64,000 nt of DNA, from NCBI GenBank assembly GCA_964035545.1, contig OZ037771.1, positions 3,855,628-3,919,627 on the forward strand. The letters run 5' to 3'. Position 1 is the stretch's first letter. Each line of letters opens with the position of its first letter. A program made the position numbers and the translations under genes. This DNA comes from Bugula neritina. Its lineage: Eukaryota; Animalia; Bryozoa. This document shows positions 58,676 to 64,000 of the stretch, piece by piece. Below the pieces are notes generated by a model that was not told where the DNA came from, did not search any database, and was given only the letters and a program-made list of their open reading frames with translations.

Positions 58676-61600
58676 ATGGCAGCATCTCTAGGAAATGACA
58701 CTCCAACTCAGACTAATGGAGAGCTTCAATCTAAGTCATGTTCCTTTTGTAAAAGCGCAAACGGACCTTATGCTATAAAATGTCACGTTTGTGAGGAAAA
58801 TTTGCCAGACCCGAATTTTATTAACCAATCTAGATGGATGTGTGGGAAATGCACATTTAGTAACTCAGGTTGGTAGAACGTCTGAATAGGTGAATACATT
58901 TAACAAACAGAACACACGCTTTACTGCTTGCATAGAAGTGATTTTAGTTGTTCTCACTAATTTTAATTTAGCTGCGAGCCTGAAGAAATTGTCAGAATGT
59001 AAACTAATATTGAGGAAGTCACACTCAAAAGACTACATTTATTAGTTGAATTGCCAGATGTATTTTCTATCCATGTCTCAGTTTATTGGACAGGCTTTTT
59101 GTTACTGCTGATGGGGTGTTTTTCAAGGTATATTAAAATCTTCATGCAGTAATCCGTAAATAAATTTAATACAGAATTTTGGACATATCAAAACTTGTGG
59201 TTATTATATTACATAGTGTCACAGTAATTAAATAAACAAACTAAACTGATTGGAGAAAGACTAAAGTGCTTATATGTTCAGTTTATAAGCATTGACTGAC
59301 CGTTTCTGCTGATACAAGCTGTTGTAAATACTGGAAGAGTATCTTATTTAGTTCTACTATAGATGAGAGTACAGCCTGTGAGATGTGTAGCACCCTAAGG
59401 AATCCTGACAAGTCAAAGGATAGTAAAGCTAAACCAAAGCCTCCTAGACCTCCGCCTCCACGCATTTCCTCTTCGAGTCAAGGTGACTCAATTACTGAGC
59501 AAACGTCAACAAATCTCAGGTACATGTCAATGGTTATAGCCTTAGAACCTGAATGTGTGTTTCAAGTCTGCTGCAATTTCTTAGTTTATTGGAAAATGTT
59601 TACACACGTGAATAGTGTTCTTCTTCTAGGAAGGGGTTCAACAGACAGAATAGCTCATTATTACATTACAACAGATCTAAGCACGAAGAAAGACTTTCTC
59701 TTAAAGTAGAGGATGTGCTGAAGTTTTGTGCTGAGGTAATGCTTCGCTAAAATCGGTCACTTTGTCGGACATTCTGTGCTTCACCCCTTGTCAGCTGAAT
59801 AAAGCGCCTTGTAGAAAGTGTAGAAGCTGGCTGCGTAGCCCTCTACTGAGTAGTTCTAGTGTGAATTTCTTCGGAAGCTACTTGTGTGTTTCACGTAATA
59901 AATAACTGCAATGTTTTGAAAGCATATAAAAACTCAAATTTTTCAGGTGCAAAAATTTCATTTACTGTGTTGTTTTTGCATTACCTTTTACTCCTTCACT
60001 ATGCGGATAGACTAATAATAGCACGGTAATAAATTATTACTCCCTACGAATTTCAGGCAAACACTAAGTTTGAAGACACGGAGTTTCCTCCTCTGAGCAC
60101 GTCCCTGTATACCGAGCCGGAGCAGCACCCACCCCCAACTATGGGTGACACTAGAATTGTAGCCTGGCTACGGCCACCTGATCTGAGAGTTGACAGCAGA
60201 GACAAACACCTCAGGTGGTGTCTCTTTAATAACCCCAGGTCCACCGACATCGTGCAGGGCATTCTGGGTAACTGTTGGTGAGAAGCTTACACTAACTTAC
60301 ATAGCATGTGATGTATTTACATGTAAATACATTGTAGTTTATAAGACACAACTAGTATTGACAGTTGATAGCATTTCTTAGATAGTTTGGGCATGTAGAT
60401 CTTTTCTTTTATAATCAATTCCATTGAAGTGACATGTTGTGTCACTTGTTTGAAGGTTTGCGAGTGCACTGAGTGTGCTAGCGGAGAACAGCAGTTTGTT
60501 AGAGAGAATATTTGTGAGTAAAATATGCAGTTCCCTCGGTGTCTACGCTATGAGGTTGTGTAAGGACGGGCAGTGGGTTGACGTGCTCGTAGATGATCAG
60601 TTTCCGTGTTTGCGTGATAGCTCACTCGCTTTCTGCAAGGTGAGTCTGTAGTTGATGTGTTTTAGCTCTAGAACATTGCTCAATCGCCATTTTAAGGCCA
60701 AATTTTGATACCTGTATGTTGTTTGCTCATTTGATTCATTGTAGTTCAAGGTCTTCTATAGGTCACACTTGTGTAATTGGGGCGCTTGGGATTTGCCCAA
60801 TCTATTGAGCATAGATAAATGTGCATCAAACATCAACTATATAATCTAGAGAGAACTGCGTTTAGGAAATTGACTCATTTTATAGAGTGTTTTTGTGGTG
60901 TGCAAAACTTTATTTTTGTTAAAACCAGTGGATTCCAAGCTTTTTAATAGTAAAATGAACTGCTAGATGTCAAAATACTTCACAGCATTATTGAGTAATA
61001 AATGGAATATTTTTTACAAACTTGTCCTCTATTATATGTATAGCAATACCACCAATAGACGGGTCCATGTTGCTACATGCTCTAATATTTCTGTTAGTAT
61101 TTCTGAGTATTTCTAGAATGTTCCATAGGCAAAGAGGAAGCAATTATGGGTGCCGCTGATCGAGAAGGCGTTGGCCAAGCTATATGGAAGTTACGGGGCT
61201 CTTACGTCTGGTACCACACAGGAGGGTCTGGCTATACTCACAGGCTTTTCCTGCGAATCATACGACTTTGAAACTCTGGGTTAGTTTGTTGTTACTGTGA
61301 CTATTAGTTTATATACTGGTACTATTGTGACTATGAGTTTATATACTGGTACTATTGTGACTATGAGTTTATATACTGGTACTATTGTGACTATGAGTTT
61401 ATATACTGGTACTATTGTGACTATGAGTTTATACACTGGTACTATTGTGACTATGAGTTTATATACTGGTACTATTGTGACTATGAGTTTATATACCGGT
61501 ACCATTGTGACTATGAGTTTATATACCCGTACTATTGTGACTATGAATTAGTTTTCTTGCAGTTCTGTGACTATGGGTTAGTTTTTTGTGCTACTGCAGT

Positions 61601-63907
61601 GTATATAGTACAGTGTGTATATAGTACAGTGTGTATATAGTACAGTGTGTATATAGTACAGTGTGTATATAGTACAGTGTGTATATAGTACAGTGTGTAT
61701 ATAGTACAGTGTGTATTTAGTACAGTGTGTATTTAGTACAGTCTGTATGTAGTACAAAATATCTAGTACAGAGTGTTTAGTACAGAGTATCTAGTACGGA
61801 GTATACAGTACAGAGTATCTAGTACAGAGTATCTAGTACAGAGTATAAAGTACAGAGTATCTAGTACAGTGTACAGAACTGCATGTTAATCAGAACCTTC
61901 AAGTCTTACGGTTTCTAAAGATAGTAGGTGTTGGGAGGCTAAGAATATTCTGAAGAGCAATAAATTGTTACTATCTTATGATTATTACTTGTTAAAACCT
62001 TGCTGAAAGCTGAAGCACTGTTCCCTTTGGAGATGACGTATTACTGTACCTAGAAAGGTCTCTCTCTTATTGTAGAGATGTCTGAAGCTCTTAGTGAGGA
62101 ACACGACTTGTTATGGGCCCGACTGCTAAGTTCGGTGGAATCTGGACTACTCATGGGCTGTTCGTGTGGAAGAAGGTCCATAGCTGAGGAGGAATTCTCA
62201 AGGGTGGGACTAGTCAGTAACCACGCCTACTCTATTCTGGACGTCAAGCTTGTACAAGGTGAAAGGTAGGTGTGAAATCATAGGGTTTCGGCTCGGTAAA
62301 TGTAGAGTTTAGATCATCAGCTGCTATTGCTTTTAAGTAATGAGATTTGCTTTATATTTAATTAAATCATTTAACAAATTTAAAAGACGTGTGGATTTTA
62401 TAATATTAATTGTATTATATGGCGCATAAAATATTTTGAAATTGGTTTTTCAACGCAATGTTGTAAGATGACGTTCGGTGTCCTCACTAAAGCTTTAAGT
62501 TGTATTTATGTCACAATATTTCTCAGGGACAGTGCGTTTATCATAAAACCTTTCTAAATTTTGGAGAATGTAATTTGTTTCAAAAGCTTATTTAAGTCAT
62601 AAAATAATGGAGAAATTTACATCATCGCTGCACAAAATATTAGTTTATTATATATATTATATATAAATGGTTTTCACAAGCATATAGGACAAAGTCGGTT
62701 GACATTATCAAGATTCAGAGGTTAAGCCTGTCTGTGTAATACTTATTTGCTCTGTTAACTTTCTTTGATACGCTCTATAACTTCCTATGCCTCACCATCT
62801 CTCACACGACGTGCACACAGGTTGATACGCCTGCGCAACACCTGGGGCAAGTTCTCCTGGACCGGTAACTGGTGTGAGTATTCAGAGTGCTGGAATCTTG
62901 TACCTGAGAGTGAGAGGAACAAACTGATGACCAAAGGGGCAGCAGACGGTCTATTCTGGATGAGCTTCACTGATTGGCTGAAGTAAGTTTCCTGTTCAGT
63001 GATCGTAATCCAAACTGTTTAAAAGAAGCGTAAATGTATTAGTCTCTTAAACCTTCTAATTTATAATTTGTGATTCTTTCAGGTCAAAGTGTCTGGTCTT
63101 ATTTCTCTTTGAGAGTATTTTTTTGGTAAAAGGTATTTTAAATCAATAGTTGTATTTATAAAAGTGTGCTTACAGTTAATGACATACTAATATTATAGCT
63201 TAGAACCTGTAGACTAGTAACTAGGTTGATCCATGTGCTATGTGTGTATATCGGGTGACAGCTGTTACAAGACACAATCTCCATATTCTGCAGGTATTTC
63301 AATGCTGTTTACATCTGCTTTGTGCGAGAAGGATGGCATGAAACACGAGTGAGAGGAATATTTCCAAATGGTCACTCAGAGAAGCTGACCGTCTCACGTC
63401 TCGCTATCTTTGACCGATCTGAAGTGGATCTTAGTTTACACCAGCAGTCCAGCAGGTGACACATTCATTATGAGCATCATGTCCGCGTCATCATATTTAT
63501 GTTTATGTTTCCTCGCTTCAAATTGAAAATGGAAGTTGCCCCCTCTGACTGTAATGTGCCGTGTGTGGCGCCAGCAGGATATTCTACAAATCCATTTATG
63601 GTTTTTTGTGTAAATTTAACATCTGTTTATTTCTTTATTTAGCAATTTTTTATTATACTAGATGAATTTATCTGTTTCCTTTGAACACATTTCGTGATAT
63701 TTCTCACCTACTAGAACTTGTGACAATATTTCAGAGGGCACAAGACCCGGGATATCGTAGACCTCTTACTACTAGTGTTTGATGATCAGTGGAGGCTAGT
63801 CGCTCATAGCAACAGGAAGTTACGTAATCACGTGACGTGTTCCACAATACTGGAACCCGGCTACTATACCGTATACTGTTTGTCCTTCACTCAATGGCAA
63901 GTGAAAA
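58676..63907 (+). CDS. CAPN15: Calpain-15 / small optic lobes (SOL)-like cysteine protease; incomplete, continues past the window end
   Basis: Exons 58676-58868, 59363-59519, 59630-59735, 60057-60277, 60456-60639, 61129-61279, 62076-62265, 62821-62982, 63294-63455, 63735-63907. N-terminal RanBP2-type Zn finger [20 protein letters not shown] plus one degenerate finger. CysPc domain FEDTEFPP..., catalytic Cys in [27 protein letters not shown], His in NHAYSIL, Asn in LIRLRNTWG. Confidence 0.9.
61296..61590. repeat. 30-nt minisatellite (TGTGACTATGAGTTTATATACTGGTACTAT), ~8 copies plus degenerate ends
   Basis: Starts 16 nt after the calpain donor at 61280. Confidence 0.95.
61598..61876. repeat. 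16-nt (AGTGTGTATATAGTAC) repeat grading into a 14-nt (AGTACAGAGTATCT) repeat
   Basis: Directly visible, adjacent to the 30-nt array. Confidence 0.9.
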
Positions 63908-64000
63908 GTAAGTCACCATTTCTAAGCGTAGTAAGTTTTCATTCAGGCTTCAATGGTCGAATACTGAAGTCAGTAAAAGGAAACTGCAAAGATTTCATTT

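Overview
AT-rich, intron-rich animal (invertebrate-type) genomic DNA with no prokaryotic features. Six spliced protein-coding genes were reconstructed by hand using GT-AG boundaries and phase continuity. (1) An AF4/FMR2-family (lilliputian/AFF-like) transcription-elongation factor on +, from about 2218/4540 to 21008, with two candidate alternative first coding exons and two AT-hooks. (2) A convergent ~30-exon ABCC5/MRP5-like ABC transporter on -, 39008-22604. (3-5) Three tandem six-exon genes on + (41349-56267), each encoding a ~340-aa secreted protein with a signal peptide, a divergent pentraxin domain and a C-terminal PAN/apple domain. (6) The 5' part of a calpain-15/SOL-like protease on +, from 58676 to beyond the window. 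The introns hold many minisatellites that sit directly against splice sites, two copies of a tRNA-derived SINE, two copies of another tRNA-like element, and two long palindromes. The most unusual signals are a ~23-copy array in the ABCC gene whose unit is a duplicated exon/intron junction (each unit reads GT...AG), and the pentraxin-PAN cluster with a hypervariable ligand-face exon and a homogenised PAN tail. All family assignments come from recalled motifs; no database search was run.
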